From Deltaproteobacteria bacterium (GTDB taxonomy: Bacteria > DRYD01): DNA of 64,000 nt. The notes beneath the pieces are model-generated. The model did not search any database. It saw only the letters and a list, made by a program, of their open reading frames with translations, and was not told where the DNA came from. The stretch covers positions 4,272-68,271 of the forward strand of contig JAPYWL010000003.1 of assembly GCA_028276365.1 (NCBI GenBank), in the 5' to 3' direction. Of this stretch, positions 1-10,435 are shown piece by piece. Position 1 is the first letter of the stretch; every line of letters starts with the position of its first letter. Made by a program: the position numbers and the translations under genes.

Positions 1-66
1 TATACTCTATTTTAAAAAAATCACTCATTTTTTAAATCCTTATTTACTACTTTTTTATTTACTATT

Positions 67-2694
67 TTATTTACTATATTTTTTATAAAGCTTAAGAAAA
101 TAATTAGAGTAATAAGGATTATAATAAATAAACTTTTTAACATTATAAATCTGAGCTAATACAGAATACATTTCAGTTTTAATAACATTAAAATCTTCTT
201 CATCCTTTTTCGTTTTTACAATATAATAAGCTATATTATAAGCAGAATTAAGATCATCCAAATATAATAAAGACATAACAGTATAATAAACAGAAATAAC
301 ATCAAATTTATCACTTTTACTAAATAAATTTATTGATTGCCTAAAATAAAATTGATTACTTACATTTTTTATTTTTAAATAATACTTCCCCAAAATATAA
401 CTAATAATACCCCCCTTTATATAAATAGTTTTATTATCAACAACAGATAAATCATATAAAACTAAAGGTTTATATAATATTTCAAAAACTCTTTTGCAAT
501 TATAAATATTGTTTCTATTATTTTCAATAAGTAAACATTTATTAAAATCTGGTTCTATATAATAACTATAAGCTTCTAAAATAACACCATAGAAATTAGG
601 TTTTCTCACATCCATCAGATATGATAACTCATTTAATGGATAAATATTTTCAAAAATATTTTTAAATAATCTTAAAGAATATAATTCTTTCTCATTTAAT
701 AATTGTTCATAATAATAAGTTTTAGCAATTAATAGATAAATATCAGGATAATTATATTTATCGTAAAGCAATGCTTTTTTAAGAATAAATCTAGTATTAT
801 TAAGCAAATCCAACATTTGCTTTTTATTTTTTTGTAATTCTAATTTAAAATTTTTATCATTTTTCACAGAATTATATAAATTATATTTAATCTCAAATTC
901 CTGAAGATAAGAATAAGCTAAAGAAAGATAAGCATTGATATTATATTTTGAAATTTTCAAAGCCATTTTATTATAAATTTCAGAATTAACATAATCCCCT
1001 TTAGCTCTATAAAACTCTGCCAAAGTAATATACTTAGAAGAAGATTTAAATGAGAAATTTATAATTTTATGGTAATATAAAATCGCTTGATCTAAATTAG
1101 AAGAATCATTAGCTAATCTATCCAAATAATAAGCTTTTAATTCTTTATAAGAAAATATAAGAGAAAAAATAAGTCCAACTAAACTTAAAATAAAAAATAA
1201 AATCCTAAGTAAATTATTCATTTCATAAGAAAAATTAGCTTTAACATTAATTTCATTATTAATAAAATCAATACTACCCAAATTAATTGCAAATAATACA
1301 AAAAAAGTAATTAAAATAAACGCAAACTTAAAATCAACATCAAAAGCAATATGAATCATAGACTGTACTAAACCTATAGAAATCCCTGAACTTAAAATAA
1401 TTACATTTAAATTTCTTAAATCTCTAAAATTTTCTTTTATATCTTTATCATTAGAATTAACATCTTCTTGAGATATATAATCTATTAACTTATCAATTTT
1501 TTCTTTTATAAGCTTAAAATCTAAATTACTAACAAACTTACTATAATAAAAAGCAACTCTAAAAATAAAAAATAAAAAAATAAAAATTAAATAAATGACC
1601 CCTAAAAATCCAACTTCAGATAATATTTTTAAATAATAATTATGAGGATCTTTAGAATAAAAATAGAAAGCAGATTGATAAAGTGGATAAGTTTTAGAAA
1701 AATTATATAAACCACACCCAAAAGGAAATTCCTTAGCAATAGAAAAAGAAGCTAAATAAAAATCAATTCTAGCTAAGACAGTATTGGATAACATAGATAG
1801 AACATTTTTAAAAGATAAAACTAAATTTTTTACAAAATTTTTATCTAATATAAATTGTAAAATCAAAATAAAAATAACAAAACTAACACTAATAGAAATA
1901 AAAATAATAGTCCTTCTTTCTAATTTTATATCCTTTAAGTTAATATAAATTTTCCTAAATATTTTAAAAATTCCAAAATAAAGAGGTAAAGAGACTAAGA
2001 AAGATAAAATAGCAGCTTTAGATCCCGAAAACAATAAAGCAACTATAGCAAATAAAAAAGCTAAAAAAAATAATACCGCCTTATAATATTCCCTATAAAC
2101 CAAAGATAAAATAGTCAAAGAAAATGGGATAGGTAATAAAATTAAAAGATAACCAGCAAAAGCATTCTTTTGATAAAAAAAAGACATCCAAGAACTATTA
2201 GGCGGCATCCCTAAATTCACAAATATCGCTATAAATATCAGTAAAATCAACAATATAACCAAAAATAAATTAAAATTATAGAAAAATCCATCCTTATCCT
2301 CTATAAAATTAAAAATATTATAGCCAAATATCATAAATAACAAAATTAAAAAAATTATAATAAATTCTCTAATACTATCAAATACTTCAATAGAGAAAAA
2401 GAAAGTAGATATAAAACTTACAAAAAGTAACCCTAAAAAACCTAAAATCTCTATATTAATTCTTAACTTATTTCCAGAAAAAACTAAAAAAAATAGAACA
2501 GGTAAAGCAAGGAAAGAAATAATAAAAATATACAGATATTGCTCATAAGAATACAAACCAGCAGCTATAAAAAAATCTTGAAAAAATTTAATCCCAAAAA
2601 ACTTAAATAAATCCAAAAACCACAAAATATATCCTAAACTTAATAAAATAATTAAACTCCAAATACCACTTTTTAATAATTTATCTTTTATCAT
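67..2694 (-). CDS. Polytopic membrane protein with O-antigen ligase/polymerase-like (Wzy_C-type) region and C-terminal TPR-like repeats
   Basis: 875-aa ORF with many hydrophobic segments. The motif KDPHNYYLKILSEVGFLG resembles the conserved loop of the O-antigen ligase family. The C-terminal third is made of Y/K/N-rich helical repeats. Confidence 0.55.
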   Translation of the reverse strand: MIKDKLLKSGIWSLIILLSLGYILWFLDLFKFFGIKFFQDFFIAAGLYSYEQYLYIFIISFLALPVLFFLVFSGNKLRINIEILGFLGLLFVSFISTFFFSIEVFDSIREFIIIFLILLFMIFGYNIFNFIEDKDGFFYNFNLFLVILLILLIFIAIFVNLGMPPNSSWMSFFYQKNAFAGYLLILLPIPFSLTILSLVYREYYKAVLFFLAFLFAIVALLFSGSKAAILSFLVSLPLYFGIFKIFRKIYINLKDIKLERRTIIFISISVSFVIFILILQFILDKNFVKNLVLSFKNVLSMLSNTVLARIDFYLASFSIAKEFPFGCGLYNFSKTYPLYQSAFYFYSKDPHNYYLKILSEVGFLGVIYLIFIFLFFIFRVAFYYSKFVSNLDFKLIKEKIDKLIDYISQEDVNSNDKDIKENFRDLRNLNVIILSSGISIGLVQSMIHIAFDVDFKFAFILITFFVLFAINLGSIDFINNEINVKANFSYEMNNLLRILFFILSLVGLIFSLIFSYKELKAYYLDRLANDSSNLDQAILYYHKIINFSFKSSSKYITLAEFYRAKGDYVNSEIYNKMALKISKYNINAYLSLAYSYLQEFEIKYNLYNSVKNDKNFKLELQKNKKQMLDLLNNTRFILKKALLYDKYNYPDIYLLIAKTYYYEQLLNEKELYSLRLFKNIFENIYPLNELSYLMDVRKPNFYGVILEAYSYYIEPDFNKCLLIENNRNNIYNCKRVFEILYKPLVLYDLSVVDNKTIYIKGGIISYILGKYYLKIKNVSNQFYFRQSINLFSKSDKFDVISVYYTVMSLLYLDDLNSAYNIAYYIVKTKKDEEDFNVIKTEMYSVLAQIYNVKKFIYYNPYYSNYFLKLYKKYSK

Positions 2695-2700
2695 TAAAAC

Positions 2701-2862
2701 TTACCCTTTAGCTTGCTTAATTATTTTATCAGCCTCTTTTATTAATTCTTTTATCTGAATAACTTCCTCATCTTCTTCTTGATCAAAAACATATAAAACA
2801 AAACCAACTAAGGAAATAACTATACCAACTAACATTAAAGTTTTTCCTATTTTTTCCTTCAT
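2701..2862 (-). CDS. Small single-TM protein (53 aa), hypothetical
   Basis: Hand translation gives MKEKIGKTLMLVGIVISLVGFVLYVFDQEEDEEVIQIKELIKEADKIIKQAKG. An AGAGGTG SD lies about 7 nt upstream of the ATG. The ORF is below the ORF-track size cutoff and fills an otherwise empty 240-nt gap. Confidence 0.4.
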   Translation of the reverse strand: MKEKIGKTLMLVGIVISLVGFVLYVFDQEEDEEVIQIKELIKEADKIIKQAKG

Positions 2863-2934
2863 ATTTTCACCTCTTACTAAAATACTTAAAAATTACTAAA
2901 TATAAAAACTTCTTTGAAATTAGGATATCAATTT

Positions 2935-4251
2935 TTAAGAAAAACTAGATCTATGTTGCATCTCTTGAATTATTTCTTCATAAATCTTTTCTTTATTTTT
3001 TCTTCGTAGATCTCTCTTAGAAGGATAATCAAGATTAACTTTAGAATTATTACCTTCCCAAAGTAAAGCAGCAACTCCATCTAACTGATCCTTCATTTCC
3101 TGACAATATGGACAAGTTCTATAATCATGCGGAGAATCAGAATGCTTAGGTTCAGGATACATAAATATTTTACCTTCATAATTCCTTAAAATTACTCTAC
3201 TATCAGACATAGAAATAACATAATTAGGCATAACAGGAATCTTACCCCCCCCACCAGGAGCATCCACTACAAAATAAGGATTAGCTAATCCCGAAGTATG
3301 ACCTCTTAAAAACTCCATTATTTCTATTCCTTTAGAAACCCTAGTTCTAAAATGCTCTAAGCCCTCAGTTAAATCACATTGATAGATATAGTAAGGCCTA
3401 CATCTATTTTTTAATAATAATTGAAATAATTTTTTCATAACAAATGGACAATCATTAACACCTCTTAATAAAACAGTCTGATTCCCCAAAACTACTCCCG
3501 CATCAGCTAGCATATTTAAAGCTCTAGAGGAATATTTAGTTATCTCTTTAGGATGATTAAAGTGAGTATTTAAATAAATAGGATGATATTTTTTAAGAAT
3601 ATTAACTAATTTTTCCGTAATTCTCATAGGATTAGTTACAGGCATCCTAGAACCTAATCTTATAATTTCTACATGCTCAATAGATCTTAAACCTTGTAAA
3701 ATTTTTTCAATTTTCTCATCACTTAAAGAAAGTGAATCCCCTCCCGAAACAACTATATCCCTTATTTCTTTATGTTTTTTTATATATTCCAACCCCATTT
3801 CTATTTGAGACCAAGGTGTAGGTCTATAACTTACCATTCTACTCCTTGTACAATGCCTACAATAAACAGAACATCTATCAGTAACTAAAAATAATACTCT
3901 ATCAGGATATCTATGAACTACTCCAGGAACAGGCATATCTACATCTTCTGCTAAAGGATCTTCCAAATCAAATGTAGACTTCTCTAATTCATAAATAATA
4001 GGAACTGCTTGTCTTCTTATAGGATCGTTAATATCATTAGGATCCATTAGTAATGCATAATACGGTGTAATTCCCATTGTAAAAATTTCACCTAATCCCT
4101 CTTTAATAGCTCTTTCTTCTTCATTAGTAACATTAATTATTTTTTTAAGCTTTTCTAAAGTAGTTATTCTATTTTGAGTTTGCCAATGAAAATCTTCAAA
4201 TTGCTCTTGAGTAACATCTTTCCACATTTCTATTTCTGTCCAATGTCTCAT
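2935..4251 (-). CDS. kamA: Lysine 2,3-aminomutase (KamA-family radical SAM enzyme)
   Basis: Radical-SAM motif CSVYCRHCTRS, the PGGGGKIP motif typical of the KamA family, and a length of 438 aa. Confidence 0.85.
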   Translation of the reverse strand: MRHWTEIEMWKDVTQEQFEDFHWQTQNRITTLEKLKKIINVTNEEERAIKEGLGEIFTMGITPYYALLMDPNDINDPIRRQAVPIIYELEKSTFDLEDPLAEDVDMPVPGVVHRYPDRVLFLVTDRCSVYCRHCTRSRMVSYRPTPWSQIEMGLEYIKKHKEIRDIVVSGGDSLSLSDEKIEKILQGLRSIEHVEIIRLGSRMPVTNPMRITEKLVNILKKYHPIYLNTHFNHPKEITKYSSRALNMLADAGVVLGNQTVLLRGVNDCPFVMKKLFQLLLKNRCRPYYIYQCDLTEGLEHFRTRVSKGIEIMEFLRGHTSGLANPYFVVDAPGGGGKIPVMPNYVISMSDSRVILRNYEGKIFMYPEPKHSDSPHDYRTCPYCQEMKDQLDGVAALLWEGNNSKVNLDYPSKRDLRRKNKEKIYEEIIQEMQHRSSFS

Positions 4252-4266
4252 TTCCTTTTACCTCCT

Positions 4267-5850
4267 TTACTTAACTAATTCTCTTATTTGATTATAATTA
4301 AAATCAAAATCTAAATCTAAATTATAAATAACTTTATTTAAAATTTTATAATTAATTAAAGCTAAATCATGTAAAACTAAATTAGGTTCAAAAAATATAC
4401 TATTCTCAATAATTTTCAATGCTCTATCATACTCCCCTATCAAAACACTAGCAGCATAAAAATATAATCTACTTTCAGTAAACCCTGGATTTGAGCTAAC
4501 CGAGCCTCTAAAATAATTATAAGCTAAATCAAAGCGCTTAATAACAAAATAATACAACCCTGCTAAAAACCAATAAAAACCATTATTAGGATCATTATCT
4601 ATTAATTTATTTATTCTATTTATACTATCTTCAAAATTCATTTGATTATCATCAACTAACAAATTCTTATACTTAATATAATCCAAAAAATTAATAATAA
4701 CTTTACTTAAAGGAATAAATCCCAAAGTTTTAATAAAATTCTCATAACTTTTATCTCCAAAACTCCATAAAATTACTTTATATAAAACATTTTTAGAATA
4801 AATTAAATCACAAATTTTAAAAACGTTATACTCATTAAATTCTTTATATTCATTTACTTCAAAATCTTTAGAAAAGAAATTTAATATTTTTTCATATAAT
4901 AAATCAATCTCATTTTTAATAATCTCAAATAAATTTAGTCTATAATTTCTTATAGCAATTAATAACTGTAAAACATAGTGCAAATATTCCTTATTATTTT
5001 CTATAATTATATCAGCAATAGAAATAATTCTCGGTAAAAAATCCAATATAAAATAATTTTCCTTAGAATTAAAAACTAAAGACAAAGCTAAAATCAATAA
5101 AACAATAGAAAACTTTGGTAAAAATTGATCTTCATAATTACTAAAAATCTTATCTAAACACTTAACAAAACTTTCATAATCATTTGAATAAAAACTAATA
5201 ATAAGTCCATCAAATAAGATAATTTTATATAAAACATCCAAATCTGAACCTATATTTTTAATTGATTCTTTAAAATCAATGCTATCTTTTTCAAAATTAG
5301 AAGGATCTAATAAATCAATTATTAAAAAAATATCTTCCTTAGCTTTATCTAAATTGTTTAATAAAAAAGCAAAAATAGATCTTAAATAATAAAACTCAAA
5401 ATCACTTATATTCTCTAATCTATCAAAATAATTTATTGCATTAATAAAATCATTATTGAACAATAAATCAAGTATTTTTAAGAAATCATCTGAGAATTTA
5501 ATAACATCAAAAATTCCATTTTCCCTTAAAATTGTCATATTATTACTATTATTATTAATATCATAATTAGAGCTAATAAATTTTTCATAAATAGCATCCA
5601 TAACCTTAGGAAAAAACCAAAAAAATAATAAAGGATTAATAAAAAAAACTGGAAAATAATACCTTACCTTTAAAGGTAAATAAATTTTAAAAACTTTATC
5701 AATATTTGTAACTTTTCTACAAATCCTACATTTACAATCTTTATTATGTTCAATATTATTAGCTATTTCTATTATTTTTTCAGATTCCACTTCTATAAGA
5801 TTAGCCTTTAAATTATCTAAAATTTTTAATCCATAAATTAAATTTCCCAT
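4267..5850 (-). CDS. Hypothetical protein with N-terminal Cys cluster and C-terminal TPR-like repeats
   Basis: 527-aa ORF with a CKCRICRK cluster near the N-terminus and a TPR-like segment (YWFLAGLYYFVIKRFDLAYNYF) near the C-terminus. I recognise no family. Confidence 0.35.
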   Translation of the reverse strand: MGNLIYGLKILDNLKANLIEVESEKIIEIANNIEHNKDCKCRICRKVTNIDKVFKIYLPLKVRYYFPVFFINPLLFFWFFPKVMDAIYEKFISSNYDINNNSNNMTILRENGIFDVIKFSDDFLKILDLLFNNDFINAINYFDRLENISDFEFYYLRSIFAFLLNNLDKAKEDIFLIIDLLDPSNFEKDSIDFKESIKNIGSDLDVLYKIILFDGLIISFYSNDYESFVKCLDKIFSNYEDQFLPKFSIVLLILALSLVFNSKENYFILDFLPRIISIADIIIENNKEYLHYVLQLLIAIRNYRLNLFEIIKNEIDLLYEKILNFFSKDFEVNEYKEFNEYNVFKICDLIYSKNVLYKVILWSFGDKSYENFIKTLGFIPLSKVIINFLDYIKYKNLLVDDNQMNFEDSINRINKLIDNDPNNGFYWFLAGLYYFVIKRFDLAYNYFRGSVSSNPGFTESRLYFYAASVLIGEYDRALKIIENSIFFEPNLVLHDLALINYKILNKVIYNLDLDFDFNYNQIRELVK

Positions 5851-5861
5851 AAATAGCCTCC

Positions 5862-7286
5862 TTAAATAATATAAACACTACTTTTATCTTCAACATTCAT
5901 AATATCCTTAACTTTTTCTTCCACAAAATTAGCATCAATTACGATAGTTTTATATCTATATTTATCAATATCAAAAGAGATATCTTCTATAACCTTTTCC
6001 ACAACAGCATGTAATCTCCTAGCTCCAATGTTTTCAGTATAAGTATTCAATTTTTCAGCAATCTCAGCTATCTTATAAATAGCATCATCCGTAAATTCTA
6101 AATTAATTTCATCAGATTTTAACAACATTACATATTGTCTTATTAAGCTACTTTCGGATTTCTTTAGAATATTATAAAAATCCTCTTTAGTTAAATTTTT
6201 TAACTTAACCCTAATAGGAAATCTACCTTGTAACTCAGGAATTAAATCAGTAGGTTTAGATATATGAAAAGCACCTGCAGCAATAAATAAAATATGATCA
6301 GTTTTAACAGGACCATACTTAGTTAATACAACACTACCTTCTATAATAGGTAATAAATCTCTTTGTACACCCTCTCGAGAAACATCAGGACCTCTTCCAA
6401 CTTCACCCTTTGATACAATTTTATCTATCTCATCTATAAATATAATTCCCAAATTCTCAGCCCTTAAAATAGCTTCCTTTTTAACTTCATCCAAATCTAT
6501 CAACTTTTTAGACTCCTCAAGTTTCAAAATTTCAATAGCTTCTTTTATTCTAACTTTCTTCTTCTTTAACTTCTTTGGACTTAACGAAGAAAATAATTCA
6601 TTCATATCTATCCCATATTGATCAAAAGTTTGATTAGTTCCAGGAATAAAATAAGCTTCAATAACAGGCTTAGATTCTACATCTATTTCAATCACCATAT
6701 TTTCATCTATCTCATTTCTTTTAAACTTTTCAATAAATTCTTTTCTTTTAGAATCTATTTCTAATTTTATATCTTCAGGTACACTTACATTTGAAGAAGA
6801 TATATTAAATAAATTAAACAAAGGATTATTATTAGAAGAAGAAGGATAAGGATAAATAATTTCACTTAATCTTTTAATAGCTTCTTCATAAGCTTTATCT
6901 TCAACTTTTTTCATTTTTTCTTCTTGAACATTCCTAAAAGCAACCTCTACTAAATCCCTAACCATACTTTCTACATCCCTACCAACATAACCAACCTCCG
7001 TATATTTAGTAGCTTCAACCTTAACAAAAGGGGCACCTATAATCTTTGCCACTCTCCTTGCTATCTCAGTTTTACCTACACCGGTAGGACCTATCATTAA
7101 AATATTCTTAGGTATAATTTCCTCTTGATACTCTTTAGGTACTTTTAAACGTCTATATCTATTCCTTATAGCAATAGCTATGCTCTTCTTAGCTTCTTCT
7201 TGACCTATTATATATTTATCTAATAACTCTACTATTTTTATAGGCTTTAAATCTAACATAAAACTCTCTAATAAATTTACATCCAT
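5862..7286 (-). CDS. hslU: ATP-dependent protease ATPase subunit HslU
   Basis: Motifs LDKYIIGQEEAKK, Walker A GPTGVGKTEIARR and IIFIDEIDKI, with a C-terminal GARRLHAVVEKV. Confidence 0.9.
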   Translation of the reverse strand: MDVNLLESFMLDLKPIKIVELLDKYIIGQEEAKKSIAIAIRNRYRRLKVPKEYQEEIIPKNILMIGPTGVGKTEIARRVAKIIGAPFVKVEATKYTEVGYVGRDVESMVRDLVEVAFRNVQEEKMKKVEDKAYEEAIKRLSEIIYPYPSSSNNNPLFNLFNISSSNVSVPEDIKLEIDSKRKEFIEKFKRNEIDENMVIEIDVESKPVIEAYFIPGTNQTFDQYGIDMNELFSSLSPKKLKKKKVRIKEAIEILKLEESKKLIDLDEVKKEAILRAENLGIIFIDEIDKIVSKGEVGRGPDVSREGVQRDLLPIIEGSVVLTKYGPVKTDHILFIAAGAFHISKPTDLIPELQGRFPIRVKLKNLTKEDFYNILKKSESSLIRQYVMLLKSDEINLEFTDDAIYKIAEIAEKLNTYTENIGARRLHAVVEKVIEDISFDIDKYRYKTIVIDANFVEEKVKDIMNVEDKSSVYII

Positions 7287-7322
7287 ATCCTAATAAAACC
7301 TAACCTCCTTCTTTAAAACACA

Positions 7323-8576
7323 TTAAAATAAATAACTTTCAAAAATTAAATTTAAAAAACTTTTTCCATCTATTAAATCTTTTAAATCATTTTCTAAATA
7401 GTTTTTAAAGTAATCAAAAATAGTTTTAGCTACATCACTAAAAGATTCTCTATAACCTAAATTAACTCCACTTTTAAATCTCTGATTTTTTGAATAAACA
7501 ATTAATGGAGTATGTTCCCTTGTATGATCAGTAGAATTATCAGTAGGATCATTTCCATGATCAGCTACTATAAACAAAATATCATCATAACTAATACTAT
7601 TAATCAATTTCATAATATTTTGATCAAACTCAATTAATGCATTAACCATTCCAACATAATCCTGTCTATGACCATATAAAGTATCAAAATCAACTAAATT
7701 ACTAAAAACTAATCCATTAAATTCTTCCTTAACTACTTCAATTGTTTTATTTAAAATACTTAAGTTACCAGATACTTTATATGATTTAGTAATAGATTTA
7801 TTAGCAAAAATATCAGCTACTTTACCAACAGCAACAACCTCTAAATTAGATTGATAAAAAATATCTAATAAAGTAGTCCTTGGTGGTAAAACAGAAAAAT
7901 CTTTTCTCTTATCATTTAATCTATAATAATTCCCATTATTCCCTGCAAATGGCCTAGCTATAACTCTAGCAGTTAAATAAATCCCACCTTTATAATTCTT
8001 AAGTAAATCAAATGCTATTTCACATATTTTATATAATTCTTCTAAACTAATTACATCAATATGGGCAGCTATTTGAAAAACACTATCTGCTGAAGTATAA
8101 ACTATAGGATAACCAGTTTTAACATGTAAATCTCCCAATTCCTTTATTATTTCAGTTCCCGACGCTACTTTATTACCTATAACTTTTCTAGCTATTCTAC
8201 TTTCAAATTCACTAATTAAATCTTGTGGGAATCCATTTGGGAAAGTAGGAAATCCTTTATTAGAAATAATTCCAGCTAATTCCCAATGACCAGTTATAGT
8301 ATCCTTAGCATTAGATTTTTCAGTTAGTACTCCATAAGAAGATATAATATCTATATCAACAAATCCCAATTCTTTAGAACTTATATTTTCTTTAAATTCA
8401 ATAATTTTTCCTAATCCTAATTTAGATAAATTATAAAAATAATAAATTCCATTAGTTTTTAGGTAATTTTTTAAAGAATTAACTAACGTATTACAAGTTT
8501 TAGGATCATTAAATAAATGAGAATCTTCTTGAGCTCCAATCCCTAAACCATCTAAAACTAAAATAATTGCTTTCAT
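7323..8576 (-). CDS. deoB: Phosphopentomutase
   Basis: N-terminus MKAIILVLDGLGIG, plus HWELAG, DHGNDPT and HTREHTP metal-site motifs. Confidence 0.85.
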   Translation of the reverse strand: MKAIILVLDGLGIGAQEDSHLFNDPKTCNTLVNSLKNYLKTNGIYYFYNLSKLGLGKIIEFKENISSKELGFVDIDIISSYGVLTEKSNAKDTITGHWELAGIISNKGFPTFPNGFPQDLISEFESRIARKVIGNKVASGTEIIKELGDLHVKTGYPIVYTSADSVFQIAAHIDVISLEELYKICEIAFDLLKNYKGGIYLTARVIARPFAGNNGNYYRLNDKRKDFSVLPPRTTLLDIFYQSNLEVVAVGKVADIFANKSITKSYKVSGNLSILNKTIEVVKEEFNGLVFSNLVDFDTLYGHRQDYVGMVNALIEFDQNIMKLINSISYDDILFIVADHGNDPTDNSTDHTREHTPLIVYSKNQRFKSGVNLGYRESFSDVAKTIFDYFKNYLENDLKDLIDGKSFLNLIFESYLF

Positions 8577-8578
8577 AC

Positions 8579-9637
8579 TTAAATTTTATTATTCATCTTT
8601 TTAATTTGATCAATAATAGCAGGTAAAATAACTTTATAATCCTCAACAATACCTATATGAGAATATTTAAAAATAGGAGCCTCTTTATCATTGTTAATAG
8701 CTACAATAACCTTAGATTTATTCATACCTGCTAAATGTTGAGTAGCTCCAGAAATTCCAACCGCAATATATAAATCAGGACTAACTGTTTTACCTGTTTG
8801 ACCTATTTGTAAACTTGGATCAATCCAACCAGCATCAACAACAGCCCTTGAAGCACCTACTGCTCCATTTAATAAATTTGCCAACTCCTTTAATAATTCA
8901 AAGCCATCTTTAGATCCTAATCCCCTACCTCCACTAACTATAACCCTTGCCTCCTCTAATTTAGGCCCCATCTTTTGAATCTTATTTATTTTATAAACAC
9001 TAATATCATTAAAAATAGCTTCATAATTTATATCTATTTCCTCAATAATAACTTCATTACTCACATCATTATTAACTAATTCAAAATTAACTAACTCAAA
9101 ATAAGTTGGTTTAAAAGTTAATAAAACCTTATCTCCTCTTAAAATAAAACTACTAATACTTTTAGAACCATATGAAAAAGTTTTAAATATTATATTACTA
9201 TTTATTAATTCAAAATCAAGCAAATTAGTTAAAATACCATAATTAAAATAAGAAGCAACATAAGGCGCAATTTCAGTATTAACTTCATTAGATTGCAAAG
9301 TTATAAAATTTAGTTCTTTATCTTTAGTAAATATAACTTTTAGTACCTGGATTATTAAATCCAATAAATTCTTTGGAAAATAAGATTCATTTAGATTTAA
9401 GCTTAGATTTAAAACATTAAAAAAGTAAATTTTATCAATATTTTTCGAATTTTCCAATAACTTCATTTTATAATCTTGAGAAATATTAACTAAATTAACA
9501 ATTCCTAAATAAGTTTTTTCAATTTTTAATTTATCCTTAGCTTTATTTAAAATCGATATATCACTTAAAAAATTAACTTTATTATCTATATTTAATACTA
9601 AACTTAACATATTCATATTTATATTATTTTTTTTCAA
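8579..9637 (-). CDS. etfA: Electron transfer flavoprotein alpha subunit
   Basis: The C-terminal FAD domain carries [13 protein letters not shown]...[11 protein letters not shown]...[29 protein letters not shown]. The N-terminal domain is divergent. Confidence 0.75.
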   Translation of the reverse strand: MKKNNINMNMLSLVLNIDNKVNFLSDISILNKAKDKLKIEKTYLGIVNLVNISQDYKMKLLENSKNIDKIYFFNVLNLSLNLNESYFPKNLLDLIIQVLKVIFTKDKELNFITLQSNEVNTEIAPYVASYFNYGILTNLLDFELINSNIIFKTFSYGSKSISSFILRGDKVLLTFKPTYFELVNFELVNNDVSNEVIIEEIDINYEAIFNDISVYKINKIQKMGPKLEEARVIVSGGRGLGSKDGFELLKELANLLNGAVGASRAVVDAGWIDPSLQIGQTGKTVSPDLYIAVGISGATQHLAGMNKSKVIVAINNDKEAPIFKYSHIGIVEDYKVILPAIIDQIKKMNNKI

Positions 9638-9741
9638 ATAAAATAATCCTTTTAAAAAAATAAATGAAAAATTACAAATTCAAAATATATTTACTACTTT
9701 AAAAAATATATTTAATACAACAAAATTCCTATTAAACTAAA

Positions 9742-10294
9742 CTAACTTTGGTTAGATTCTAAATTATCAGACATACGGAAAAAAGCAACCAAAGCTATTA
9801 CCCATCCAATAATAGCTAAAATCCCAAATAAAATACTTCCTCCTAATACCCCTAATCCAGCATATTTAAATAAATTATCATTAGTATATTCATAAAATAT
9901 ATCTAAGTATTTTTTAGAGAAAAAACCGGACAAAATAAAACTTAACCATAAAACAAATAAACCTACAAAAAACATAACCCCAAAAGCAGATTTTGCTCCA
10001 AATGAATGACCCCCGATAAAAATAGAAGCAATAGAACTAGCAGATAATATAACAAATAAAATCACACCAATAATAACAATTATAAAACTATAGATAAAAT
10101 TTTTAAATATATCTCCATTATTTAATTTCTTAGAAAAATTAAAAATCCCAATTATATATGCTACAGCCCCCCCCCAACGAAATAATAGCCCCAATTAAGG
10201 GTATAAAACCTCCCACCATAGACCCTAATAACCCAAAAGCACATAACTTCTTTTCTAAACTAATATCAACAACTTCTTGTAATTTGTTATCCAT
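9742..10294 (-). pseudogene. Multi-TM membrane protein gene interrupted by a frameshift in a G9 homopolymer (possibly DUF996-like)
   Basis: The ATG at 10294 is preceded by AAAGGAGGT. The reading frame stops at 10139 after a poly-G tract (plus-strand C9 at 10167-10175). The downstream 150-aa ORF (9742-10194) continues in the -1 frame, with only a TTG and no SD. Confidence 0.65.
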
Positions 10295-10435
10295 AATAAA
10301 ATTATACCTCCTTTGAAATTTCTAATTTAATTATTTTAAATCCAAAAAATAATTACTCTATAGGTATTAAATACTCTAAAAAAAAATCCTCTTTAAAAAT
10401 TAATTTAAAAAGAAAAAACATCTGAAAAAAATAAT

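Noticed and set aside
1-28. Possible start (ATG at 28, minus strand, MSDFFKIEY...) of a gene running off the left edge.
   Set aside because: Only 9 codons are visible, which cannot support a call.
3245-3252. G8 run (plus-strand C8) inside kamA.
   Set aside because: It is in frame and encodes the conserved PGGGGK glycine motif. The gene is intact, so there is no evidence of switching. It is noted only as a potentially slippage-prone site.
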